From an uncultured virus (IMG/VR IMGVR_UViG_2568526354_000007) (lineage: Duplodnaviria > Heunggongvirae > Uroviricota > Caudoviricetes), in IMG/VR virus record IMGVR_UViG_2568526354_000007: a stretch of 20,000 nt of DNA; one strand, given 5' to 3'. The translations under genes and the position numbers were made by a program. Below are positions 1 to 7,609 of the stretch, one piece after another (the first letter of the stretch is position 1; each line of letters opens with the position of its first letter). The notes under the pieces are model-generated. The model searched no databases. It was not told the origin of the DNA and saw only the letters and a list, made by a program, of their open reading frames with translations.

Positions 1-171
1 GATGTAACTTCTTTGATCGGTGATCATTTCCTGGTAGACATCCTGCATCGCTTTCATTGCATCAGCTTCTGCACGTTTCTTGGTGTATTTGATAGTGACA
101 AATGCTGTGGCGGTTCCGACTAAACCGCCACCGAAGAGAAAGACCATGATATAATTTAGAATCTCATTCAT
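1..171 (-). CDS. Holin-like membrane protein (partial; runs off the window)
   Basis: Read by hand: MNEILNYIMVFLFGGGLVGTATAFVTIKYTKKRAEADAMKAMQDVYQEMITDQRSYI...; one N-terminal hydrophobic helix followed by a charged coiled-coil; preceded by its own promoter motif. Confidence 0.6.
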   Translation of the reverse strand, partial: MNEILNYIMVFLFGGGLVGTATAFVTIKYTKKRAEADAMKAMQDVYQEMITDQRSYI

Positions 172-181
172 CGCTTTTTTA

Positions 182-219
182 TTGCAAATGTATTGTGTAC
201 AAGCGCTTACGTAAAGGAC
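182..219 (-). promoter_or_regulatory. Putative late promoter GTCCTT-N21-TACATTTGCAA
   Basis: Bacteroidetes -7 element TAnnTTTG (TACATTTG) just upstream of the ATG at 171; same upstream hexamer and spacing as at 9905-9942. Confidence 0.65.
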
Positions 220-226
220 AGAAAAA

Positions 227-374
227 CGGCACAATGTGCCGGAGCGGTATCGCATGTGCGATGATTTTTGAGGAGGGGGCAGCATATAAGAGAGAAAAAA
301 AAGTTTGAGGCGAAACTTTTTCCGAGGGCGGTGCGTGGTCTTCCGACGGATAAAGGGGAAATTTTTCCCCTTTA
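227..374. repeat. Cluster of inverted repeats in a non-coding region
   Basis: CGGCACA-A-TGTGCCG 227-241; ATCGCA-TG-TGCGAT 249-262; AAAAAGTTT-N6-AAACTTTTT 298-321; TAAAGGGGAAA-TT-TTTCCCCTTTA 351-374. Confidence 0.8.
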
Positions 375-662
375 AGACCCTTTTTTCTTTGTGAATCAGT
401 ATTTTATTTTTTTTGCCGTGGGAATCTTCTGAGATTTAAAATTGCGTTAACATAAATTATAGGTTTACGCTTTTTCTTCCCAAAAGTATCTCTTTGTTAA
501 CCCAATGCGGGTTGATTTTTGAAAAAATGATTCGGATGTCGGAAAAATAATTTTGAGACAAGAGAGCAAACGTCTGTATGTGATGTGTGATATTTATTTG
601 TGGTATGTATTTAATGCACTGTTTTACAAGGATTTATGTTTTCGTGTATGAAAAAAAAGTGT

Positions 663-670
663 TATATTTG
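663..670 (+). promoter_or_regulatory. Bacteroidetes -7 promoter element for the accessory cassette
   Basis: TATATTTG matches TAnnTTTG, about 70 nt upstream of ATG 740; -33 element only approximate (TTTC/TTCG near 640-644). Confidence 0.6.
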
Positions 671-687
671 TAATGTAATCAAAAGGG

Positions 688-732
688 GATAGGGTTGCAC
701 TCCTATCACTTAAATGTTTAATTTTTAACGTA
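688..732 (+). repeat. Leader module copy 1: GTTGCAC-capped hairpin plus 17-bp GTTTAATTTTTAACGTA
   Basis: GATAGG-GTTGCACT-CCTATC 688-707; 17-mer at 716-732, 7 nt before ATG 740. Confidence 0.85.
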
Positions 733-739
733 AAACAAA

Positions 740-1231
740 ATGAAAAATGTATCGAGCGCAAAAAGCGCAGAGGCTAAAGCCGTAGTGTTAAGTAATGTAG
801 CTAATAAGAAGAATGAAACAGCCCCTCTAATTGTGCTGCCATCCCTTCCAACCGAAGAAGAAACGAAAGAACAGGTTTCGGCCAAAGTTGAAACTCCCGT
901 TCAAACTTCCAAGAAAGAGAGTTCTTCCGTAGTAGCCGCACCCAATAAGCGTCTAAGTATTGATGAACTGACCGATAAGGCGGAGCGTGTTTATCTGCTC
1001 CGTCAGAAATATCAAGAAGTGAGAGAAAAGCGGAAACAGCTTGAAAGCTTTACTATCTCACATGATAAAAATAATGCCCAACTTACTTTGGTAGACGCAA
1101 AAGGGCTTTCCATTTCTACAAGTAATCCCGTTGCAATTGGTAAGTTGCTATCTGATTGGATGTTAGATTTAAATAATCACTTGGCGAAAACCGAAGAAGA
1201 AATTCGTTCAGAATTGGAACGGCTAAATTAA
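740..1231 (+). CDS. Hypothetical protein (low-complexity N-terminus, helical/coiled-coil C-terminus)
   Basis: 163-aa ORF with promoter and AT-rich leader; first gene of the opposite-strand cassette. Confidence 0.85.
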   Translation: MKNVSSAKSAEAKAVVLSNVANKKNETAPLIVLPSLPTEEETKEQVSAKVETPVQTSKKESSSVVAAPNKRLSIDELTDKAERVYLLRQKYQEVREKRKQLESFTISHDKNNAQLTLVDAKGLSISTSNPVAIGKLLSDWMLDLNNHLAKTEEEIRSELERLN

Positions 1232-1238
1232 AACAAAA

Positions 1239-1303
1239 TCCCCCTACATCGTTGCACCGATGAAGGGGGAACAAAATCAAACCGAAGTTTAATTTTTAAC
1301 GTA
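1239..1303 (+). repeat. Leader module copy 2: GTTGCAC-capped hairpin plus identical 17-bp repeat
   Basis: TCCCCCT-A-CATCG-TTGCAC-CGATG-A-AGGGGGA 1239-1270; GTTTAATTTTTAACGTA 1287-1303, 8 nt before ATG 1312. Confidence 0.85.
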
Positions 1304-1311
1304 CTGCAAAG

Positions 1312-1662
1312 ATGGAAAATATTTTTGATTCTGCAAAAACAATTCAAGAAAAACGCACAATATTAAAAGGTTTATCAAAGCCGCTTCAAATTTTGGTGAA
1401 AGAGGCTGCTATTCCTACGGTAAACGATGGACTGAAAGCGATATACGCACAGTCTGGTCATACCGAACTTAAAACGCTGAAACAGTGGAATAAGGAGGGC
1501 AGGAGTATTAAAAAAGGTTCCCATGCCTTATGCCTTTGGGGTGCACCTAAGAAAGTAGAGACGACCCAAGTAGAAGAAGCACAGGGAGAAGATAATGACC
1601 CAATGAATTTCTATCCGATTTGTTTTGTATTCTCAAATTTGCAGGTATATGAAAAACAATGA
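1312..1662 (+). CDS. ArdC-like N-terminal ssDNA-binding domain protein
   Basis: Motif TLKQWNKEGRSIKKGSHALCLW...F..CFVF...QV resembles the ArdC/DUF1738 ssDNA-binding signature (T.KQW...G..VKKG.KA); no C-terminal metallopeptidase domain. Confidence 0.7.
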   Translation: MENIFDSAKTIQEKRTILKGLSKPLQILVKEAAIPTVNDGLKAIYAQSGHTELKTLKQWNKEGRSIKKGSHALCLWGAPKKVETTQVEEAQGEDNDPMNFYPICFVFSNLQVYEKQ

Positions 1663-2395
1663 TTTAACTACTTATGGGGAGTATTTGGAAAAGCTATCCC
1701 CAAAACACGGACGGGAAAAGGTATTTAATGACTTTCTGCAAATAGTCGTTTGTTGTCTCTCAATGGGACGTAAGGAAGAACTTTATTTCAAAACGATAAA
1801 GCCCTATGACAAAACAGAACTGGATTTGTTTTCACAGGCTTTTGCCGCACTTGTTATGCAGATGGACAGGCAACCACTGGTAGACCCGTTCGGAGACTAT
1901 TTTCAAGAGTTTTTAAGCAACGCCCAAAACGGGCAGTTTTTTACACCGTTTGGGGTATGTGAATTAATGAACCAATTGATAACAGCTCCTAAAGTAAGTG
2001 ATCAGCCTAAACAGGGAGATCGGAGGGTATTGGACCCTGCATGCGGTAGCGGAAGACTCCTTTTATCAGCAGCCCAAAAGGATAGAGCATTGACTTTTGT
2101 CGGGATTGATATCTCATATACCTGCTGTCTCATGACTATCATTAATTTGTGTCTGAACAGCTTAAACGGGGAAGTATTGCACATGAATGCCTTGACGGAT
2201 CAATATTGGCATCGTTGGTTGATTATCGTTGATAGTGTAACCAAGATACCGACCGTTTATGAAGTGGAAGCCGGAATAATAAACCAACCGCCTGCATGTG
2301 CGGATGATTTAAAGCCTTTACCGGTGACAGGGATCATACAGCCGGTAAAAAACATGATTCCCGCCAATTTTGTACGTTATACCCCTAAATGTTAG
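1649..2395 (+). CDS. N6-adenine DNA methyltransferase-like (HsdM-type SAM-binding) protein, canonical catalytic motif absent
   Basis: GQFFTP, motif I VLDPACGSGRLL and GIDIS present; no NPPY/F, only IINQPPA; ATG at 1649 overlaps the end of the upstream gene and is preferred to the TTG at 1625. Confidence 0.75.
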   Translation: MKNNDLTTYGEYLEKLSPKHGREKVFNDFLQIVVCCLSMGRKEELYFKTIKPYDKTELDLFSQAFAALVMQMDRQPLVDPFGDYFQEFLSNAQNGQFFTPFGVCELMNQLITAPKVSDQPKQGDRRVLDPACGSGRLLLSAAQKDRALTFVGIDISYTCCLMTIINLCLNSLNGEVLHMNALTDQYWHRWLIIVDSVTKIPTVYEVEAGIINQPPACADDLKPLPVTGIIQPVKNMIPANFVRYTPKC

Positions 2396-2399
2396 CAAT

Positions 2400-2573
2400 A
2401 TGGAGAAAGTTTTGCAATGTGTCAGACTTCCGCAAAATGGTAAAGGCACAATCGGGTTTAATTTGAAAGGAGAGTATTTAAAAAAATACGGTTTCCAGTT
2501 AGGAGATAAAGTAAAGGTAGAAATCAGCAAAAATAAGATTGTTTTATTTAAGACGGGTAATGTGCTGGAATGA
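2400..2573 (+). CDS. SymE/AbrB-fold small protein
   Basis: 57 aa from ATG 2400; NLKGEYLKKYGFQLGDKVKVEISKNKIVL matches the SymE-family pattern L.G.WL...GF..G..V.V.......L. Confidence 0.7.
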   Translation: MEKVLQCVRLPQNGKGTIGFNLKGEYLKKYGFQLGDKVKVEISKNKIVLFKTGNVLE

Positions 2574-2583
2574 TTGAAAAAGT

Positions 2584-2706
2584 GGCACAGCGGGCAGCAA
2601 AAGCACTCTGACAGACCTTGAGAGAGGGGGAGAATGCTTTTGCGTCGCCCGGCTGCGCCGGGGTGAAGCGGAGTCCGCCGATTACTCTTTTGGCAGAGGG
2701 GGCGGG
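2584..2706. other. Long imperfect hairpin plus a second hairpin between converging transcription units
   Basis: GGCACAGCGGGCAGCAAAAGCACTCT (2584-2609) pairs with AGAATGCTTTTGCGTCGCCCGGCTGCGCC (2631-2659); second hairpin TCCGCC...GGCGGG 2674-2706. Confidence 0.65.
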
Positions 2707-2768
2707 ATTTTAAACGCCTGAAATGGCGGTTGTTTGACGTAATTTTAGCAATTACGAAAAGCGGTATT

Positions 2769-4490
2769 TTATTTCCGATTGAGGAAAAATATTCCTCCGG
2801 TGCCGGTTCCCGGACGTGTGAAGTAGAAATTCATCCCGAGCCATAATGTGTCGAAGGCATCCGTAACATGGGTTTTGTATTGATCCGGATTGTCCGGAGT
2901 ATCGTCAGTACCTTCCGGAGCTTTGTCCTTCTCAAAACCGTTTTTACCCTGCTTAATACCGGTTTGCTCCATGGCGATCTTGAGGAACTCGTTTTGATAG
3001 AGATTGAAACGAATCCACAGGAATTGCGGATCACCTTTCAATGCGAGATCGATATTGAGGTGTTTCCATTCATGTTTGGGTGCCTGTCCGACATATACCA
3101 TTGCAGGAGTGTACCGGTTCTCTTTGAATACACGTTCAATGATATCCGCATAGGTTTCTGTTGTGGAGCCCGACTCCCAGGTAAAAGTATGATCATAGTA
3201 GACGACTACATCGTGATTGAGCTTGGGACGGTAATAGTCAGCTATCTGTTGTACCAGGTCTCCGAGTTTGGATGGGGTTTTGACATAGAACGATTTGATG
3301 ATTTTCATCGTATTCCCGTCCAGTTGTGCCACTACCGCTGTCGAGATTGACGCATTGGAGTCGAATGCAATATGCAGTTCTTTGTCAAAATCAAGGTCAC
3401 CGTCTCCCAGGCAGCCGCAGGAACTCAGTTGCTTCCAATTACTTCCAAGATTCTTCAGCCTTCCGTTATCAGCCGGCTGATAGAAATGTATGCGGTCGTC
3501 CAGGGCACTATAAAAGCCATTGGGAACTTTCATCAGCCGTTCGTTCAGGAAGGCGGTACGCCATACCAACGGGGGAGAATCACGTTGCATCTGCCAAATG
3601 AAGTCTTCTCCCAGGACCTCAAGGTTATCAAAGACATCATATTCACCATAAAATACAGTGTATTCCCGTTTTTTCTTATCATTCGGTTTGAGTGCAGGCT
3701 GAAACTTCCGGGCTATGTCAAGATCACGTTGAAGTTCCCGGATCATCCGCATGGTGTGTTCGGTCAGCGGTTTACGTTTGTAATCCTGAAGTTCTTTATA
3801 CAGGTTGCGAATGAGTTGGATATGTGGGGGCTGCATCTCTTCCTGTTTGTCGAGAATCCAACGTCCCATGGATGATCCGGGCATGTCCGTTGAGTAACAT
3901 ACGCTGTGATGGTGAGGACAGTGCCCGAAATATTGCCGGTTTCCCCTGTTGGCCGGATTGACCTCGTTCTTTATCTTGTCATAGGAAAGGAACTTTGCCT
4001 CCGGCCCTATCACCCAGTCAAGCGACATGGAGTTTGCGGACATCCCTTGATTAAAGGAAAGAATAACCATAACCGTGCCATTCCAGAAATGGAAAGCATT
4101 ACTCCATCCGTCTCCGAGTACCGGACGGACAGGCTTGGCAAAGCCCATGGAAGGTGGTGCTTTATGGCCAACGACATAATGGATATTTTGAATGTATCCC
4201 CATTCGGCGAGTGCTTTACAGATAGCCGGAAGGGTATTTCCCCATGCCTTGGCATAGCTGGGAGAGATCATTCCACCCAATGAACCGGGCATTTCCCAGA
4301 CGTTTCTGAGAATGAAGCGGGCGTCGATACCTTCTGACTTACCGGTACCACGCGATGCAACGATGTATTCGTCATGTGCGGCAATAGCCATTGCCTGGCG
4401 TTGCATTTTGTTGAAGAACTTCCGTATCACATTGGCCTGTTTCATCCGGAGTTCGTACGCCGATGGTATGGGAGAGGCTTGGGCTGTCAT
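2769..4490 (-). CDS. Terminase large subunit
   Basis: Walker A VASRGTGKS, Walker B region WVIGPEAK, coupling motif YSTDMP, RNase H-like acidic motifs IAFDSN, YYDHT, HVTDAFD; 573 aa. Confidence 0.9.
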   Translation of the reverse strand: MTAQASPIPSAYELRMKQANVIRKFFNKMQRQAMAIAAHDEYIVASRGTGKSEGIDARFILRNVWEMPGSLGGMISPSYAKAWGNTLPAICKALAEWGYIQNIHYVVGHKAPPSMGFAKPVRPVLGDGWSNAFHFWNGTVMVILSFNQGMSANSMSLDWVIGPEAKFLSYDKIKNEVNPANRGNRQYFGHCPHHHSVCYSTDMPGSSMGRWILDKQEEMQPPHIQLIRNLYKELQDYKRKPLTEHTMRMIRELQRDLDIARKFQPALKPNDKKKREYTVFYGEYDVFDNLEVLGEDFIWQMQRDSPPLVWRTAFLNERLMKVPNGFYSALDDRIHFYQPADNGRLKNLGSNWKQLSSCGCLGDGDLDFDKELHIAFDSNASISTAVVAQLDGNTMKIIKSFYVKTPSKLGDLVQQIADYYRPKLNHDVVVYYDHTFTWESGSTTETYADIIERVFKENRYTPAMVYVGQAPKHEWKHLNIDLALKGDPQFLWIRFNLYQNEFLKIAMEQTGIKQGKNGFEKDKAPEGTDDTPDNPDQYKTHVTDAFDTLWLGMNFYFTRPGTGTGGIFFLNRK

Positions 4491-5092
4491 TCTTCAATAT
4501 CCTCCTCTTCAATGGTTTGAATATCTGTCGCCTGTTTGGTCAACATATCTTTGCATAAGCTGCGGAGTTCCTGGCGGCGTTGCTCCAGATTGTCTATCAC
4601 TTCAATACCCTCAAGTGTCGTCACATCGTCAGAAGGTTCAAAAGATGGGGGAATAAGCTGACCGAAGTCGAATGCGTCATCGTCTTTGTCGGAACGGGTG
4701 TATTTACCTATCTTGTCGAGAGCGGCGGCAGCTCCTTTAGCATCTCCGTTGTCGATAGCGAGTTGAAATGCCTTCTTTCCTCCTTCTACAATCATGTAGC
4801 GATACCAAGATTTGGCCGCTAACTGGATGTTACCGACCAGCCGGTTGATCATACCGATATCGCGATAGGCCTGTGATTGGGAAACAGGTTCCGCTTGCCC
4901 TCCACATCCGTGCATGAGAAAAGTAACGAGCTCCTGGTCTTCAATTAATGGGCTTTCCATTTTCTTACTAACACAAAGCATCATCCGATTCTTAATTTCC
5001 ATCTCCTTTGGTGATAACTGGAGAGCGGATTCACCCCGATCTTTGAACAGGGAGCGTTCGATGCGGTCGTAGGTTGTGTCTTTTTTCGGCAT
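4487..5092 (-). CDS. Putative terminase small subunit-like protein
   Basis: Immediately upstream of TerL with a 4-bp overlap; helical motif AIDNGDAKGAAAALDKIGKYT resembles TerS oligomerisation helices. Confidence 0.55.
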   Translation of the reverse strand: MPKKDTTYDRIERSLFKDRGESALQLSPKEMEIKNRMMLCVSKKMESPLIEDQELVTFLMHGCGGQAEPVSQSQAYRDIGMINRLVGNIQLAAKSWYRYMIVEGGKKAFQLAIDNGDAKGAAAALDKIGKYTRSDKDDDAFDFGQLIPPSFEPSDDVTTLEGIEVIDNLEQRRQELRSLCKDMLTKQATDIQTIEEEDIEE

Positions 5093-5095
5093 AAT

Positions 5096-5383
5096 TTAGT
5101 CGTTGATGATTTGTTCTTTCATGTATTTATCAGCAAGTGGCTCGGCCGCCGGACTTCCGGCCTTGGCTAACTTGATCACAGTTTTTCGGAGTTCGAATTT
5201 TGTTTGCAGGCGTCCCTGATGGTATGCTTCGTAGATAGGAGAATGATGATGATTTTTGCAAATATCACAGAAGTAGCTGCGTTCACCGGCAGGCAGCGAA
5301 ATTAGAATGGCGATTTCTGCCGGAGGCAGCAGAGCTGCGGCCATCTCTCTGATTTGTTGCAAGGTTTCATCTGATAACTCCAT
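5096..5383 (-). CDS. Small HTH-like protein, possible terminase small subunit or packaging DNA-binding protein
   Basis: IREMAAALLPPAEIAILI and YEAYHQGR...LAKAGSPAA resemble TerS N-terminal HTH patterns. Confidence 0.5.
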   Translation of the reverse strand: MELSDETLQQIREMAAALLPPAEIAILISLPAGERSYFCDICKNHHHSPIYEAYHQGRLQTKFELRKTVIKLAKAGSPAAEPLADKYMKEQIIND

Positions 5384-5385
5384 TT

Positions 5386-5877
5386 CTATTCTAATATTTC
5401 GTAACTGATTGCTTGATTATATGCCTGCTCGAACATTTCCGAGAAGTAATTGAAATGCTTTCCGGAAGTGAAATAGAAGCCATTTTCCCAGCGGTGATTC
5501 TGGTTCAGGTTCGCGGAACCGGCAATACCGAACTGATATTTGTCATTTTCCACCAATAACACTTTTGCATGACAGGAGTCAATCCGTATGCGTGGTGTGA
5601 TGTTGGAGGCAAACAGTAACAAGTCAAGCTTGTGCCGTTTTACCGTCGTATCGAGCAGGAGGGTCAGACCTGTAATTTTTTTATCATCGGCCAGGAAGAA
5701 GAGAGGGCGTAAACTGTCCTCTGAGATACTGAATGTAGCGATCCTTATATCCGCCGGTCCGATTTCAGATAAAAGAGAGGGCAACACTTCATGTATTGCC
5801 CAGTCTCCTTTGTGCATGAACGGTTCGATAGAACCGGGACACAAAGCCAAAGGAAAGTTATCCTGAAACCTTTTCAC
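5386..5877 (-). CDS. Phospholipase D-like (HKD/Nuc-type) nuclease domain protein
   Basis: IATFS, HAKVLLVE (HxK motif) and GSANLN motif; single PLD domain. Confidence 0.8.
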   Translation of the reverse strand: MKRFQDNFPLALCPGSIEPFMHKGDWAIHEVLPSLLSEIGPADIRIATFSISEDSLRPLFFLADDKKITGLTLLLDTTVKRHKLDLLLFASNITPRIRIDSCHAKVLLVENDKYQFGIAGSANLNQNHRWENGFYFTSGKHFNYFSEMFEQAYNQAISYEILE

Positions 5878-6814
5878 CTTGTTCTGCCGATAATTCTGCC
5901 GTTAAAGCGGCTAATTCAGTTTCGTATTTAGCAATCCGGTCGAGTGCGTTCTGCAGAACAGCCTGCTTTCCCTCTTTCCCGGCCCTCTCTGCGGCTGTTT
6001 TGCTGTTCGTAATGTTCTGCTTCAGACGTTTGATCTGACGGGCTATTTCGAAGCCTCTGACCACTGCATTTTCACTATACTCAGGACGTTTAGCATCAAG
6101 CTCTAAGGTTGCCTGTTTGCCTTCTGCGTAATCGTCAATCTGTTTCCAAAGTTTGCGACGTTCGTCGTCCAACTTGCAGAGTTCTTCTGCGAGGGGGTGA
6201 CGTTCCTCTGCCGGGATATTCGGATTCGCAATATCATTATGGAGACTGGCGTACAGGGGAGCGATCTCTTTGATACGGGCGTATGCTTTACGTAAGGCAG
6301 GAGTGAGGGATTCTTCTGTTACGATCTTGATGCCCGGAGTGTTCAAGGCATCCAGTTCCCCCCGGATAGCGGAGAGCTCTTTCATTTTCTCCTCGAACTC
6401 TTCATTTAAAGCGGAGAGTTCGTCAGCATGATTTTCCGTGTCACTCTCAAGTTCGCTGATACGGTTATGCAGTCCGTCGATCTCCTCTTGGAGTCGGTCG
6501 ATTGCCTCTTTCCGGATGTCGGTTTCTTGAGTCCGTTGTTCATCATTCAGTGTTTGAACGATCAGGATCTCTTCGAATGCAGCCGGGTAAACAGAAGGAG
6601 CATCTTTTATTTCCCTGGCTATTTTAGTCAGTATATTGACTAATTGTGTAAAGTGGGGATCGAAAATGTGAGGATTCTCCGGTGCCTGGGAAAGATAGTT
6701 CCCATAGCTGCTCTTGGTGTTTGCCTTTGCTAAAGCGTTAAAGAGTTCCATACCGTCAGCGTACCTACGCTGACGGTTTGACAACCATTTTTCTAACTGT
6801 TCGTTTCTTGTCAT
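5858..6814 (-). CDS. Coiled-coil phage protein of unknown function
   Basis: 318-aa ORF in the late operon with extensive heptad-like E/L/K-rich segments. Confidence 0.85.
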   Translation of the reverse strand: MTRNEQLEKWLSNRQRRYADGMELFNALAKANTKSSYGNYLSQAPENPHIFDPHFTQLVNILTKIAREIKDAPSVYPAAFEEILIVQTLNDEQRTQETDIRKEAIDRLQEEIDGLHNRISELESDTENHADELSALNEEFEEKMKELSAIRGELDALNTPGIKIVTEESLTPALRKAYARIKEIAPLYASLHNDIANPNIPAEERHPLAEELCKLDDERRKLWKQIDDYAEGKQATLELDAKRPEYSENAVVRGFEIARQIKRLKQNITNSKTAAERAGKEGKQAVLQNALDRIAKYETELAALTAELSAEQGEKVSG

Positions 6815-6831
6815 AAAATATATGTATTATG

Positions 6832-7551
6832 TTAACCTCCGGGACTTGGAGCCGGTTTTAGGCCTGCAATGACTTCCATGTCGATTGGTGTCCCTAAAAG
6901 AACAGCCGATTCATTTGCGTCACAAGTGGCTGTATAGGCAGTTCCCCGCTGATCGGCGGCGAGCTTACCACCATCAAAGGAGGGTGATACATCGGCATAC
7001 ATGCCCGGTTTACCCATCAGGAATTGTTGGCCGTCGGAATCTTCGAAGACGAAGTACCCCGGAGTGTTCTTGACAAGTGTACTGAAAGCATGCATTCCCG
7101 GAGTATTGCCGGGGAAGAAAAACTCTAAAGTCTGCTTAAAAGATTTTCCGTCCGTTTCGCCTTGAATTTCCGCTTTATAACCTACTTTCCCTTTTGTGGA
7201 ATACAAGTAAATCGGCTGAGTATAGGTTCCGCCGCTTGGAAAAGTGAATGATCCTGAAGCGGTAATCAGGTCCTCATTTGTAGTAGGCTTTGCCGGAATC
7301 ATTGGTACGGTTGAAGGAGCGTCATACGGAATAAAGAGCAGCCGTCCTTTATAACCTCCCATGTTGTTTTGCCCGATATTCCATTTTAACGGGGCAAATG
7401 CCGGGCCGGCAGCCAGAACGGTTAAACCGTCTGATGTCAGAAGATGATGGCTGATCCAGTTTCCGGTATCCGGAATGGCCGCTTGTACTTCCGGAAGCAA
7501 GAACAGGCAGCAGATAAGCAGGCATGAAATGCAAAGAATAAATCGTTTCAT
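6832..7551 (-). CDS. Putative tail-tube-like structural protein with an N-terminal signal-peptide-like extension
   Basis: Directly follows the capsid gene; beta-rich body (NNMGG, KQTLEFFFPG, EDSDGQQFLMG); N-terminus MKRFILCISCLLICCLFLLPEVQA-A. Confidence 0.55.
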   Translation of the reverse strand: MKRFILCISCLLICCLFLLPEVQAAIPDTGNWISHHLLTSDGLTVLAAGPAFAPLKWNIGQNNMGGYKGRLLFIPYDAPSTVPMIPAKPTTNEDLITASGSFTFPSGGTYTQPIYLYSTKGKVGYKAEIQGETDGKSFKQTLEFFFPGNTPGMHAFSTLVKNTPGYFVFEDSDGQQFLMGKPGMYADVSPSFDGGKLAADQRGTAYTATCDANESAVLLGTPIDMEVIAGLKPAPSPGG

Positions 7552-7577
7552 AATCAGGTAATTGTTTAGTTTATGTA

Positions 7578-7601
7578 GGGGAAGGTAAGAGTCCCTTCCC
7601 C
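7578..7601 (-). other. GC-rich hairpin just after the capsid stop codon (stabiliser or attenuator)
   Basis: GGGGAAGG-N8-CCTTCCCC; no U-tract on the minus strand. Confidence 0.55.
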
Positions 7602-7609
7602 CGGATTAG

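Noticed and set aside
1625..2395. Cassette as a Type I restriction-modification system
   Set aside because: No HsdS or HsdR, and the MTase-like protein lacks the canonical catalytic motif
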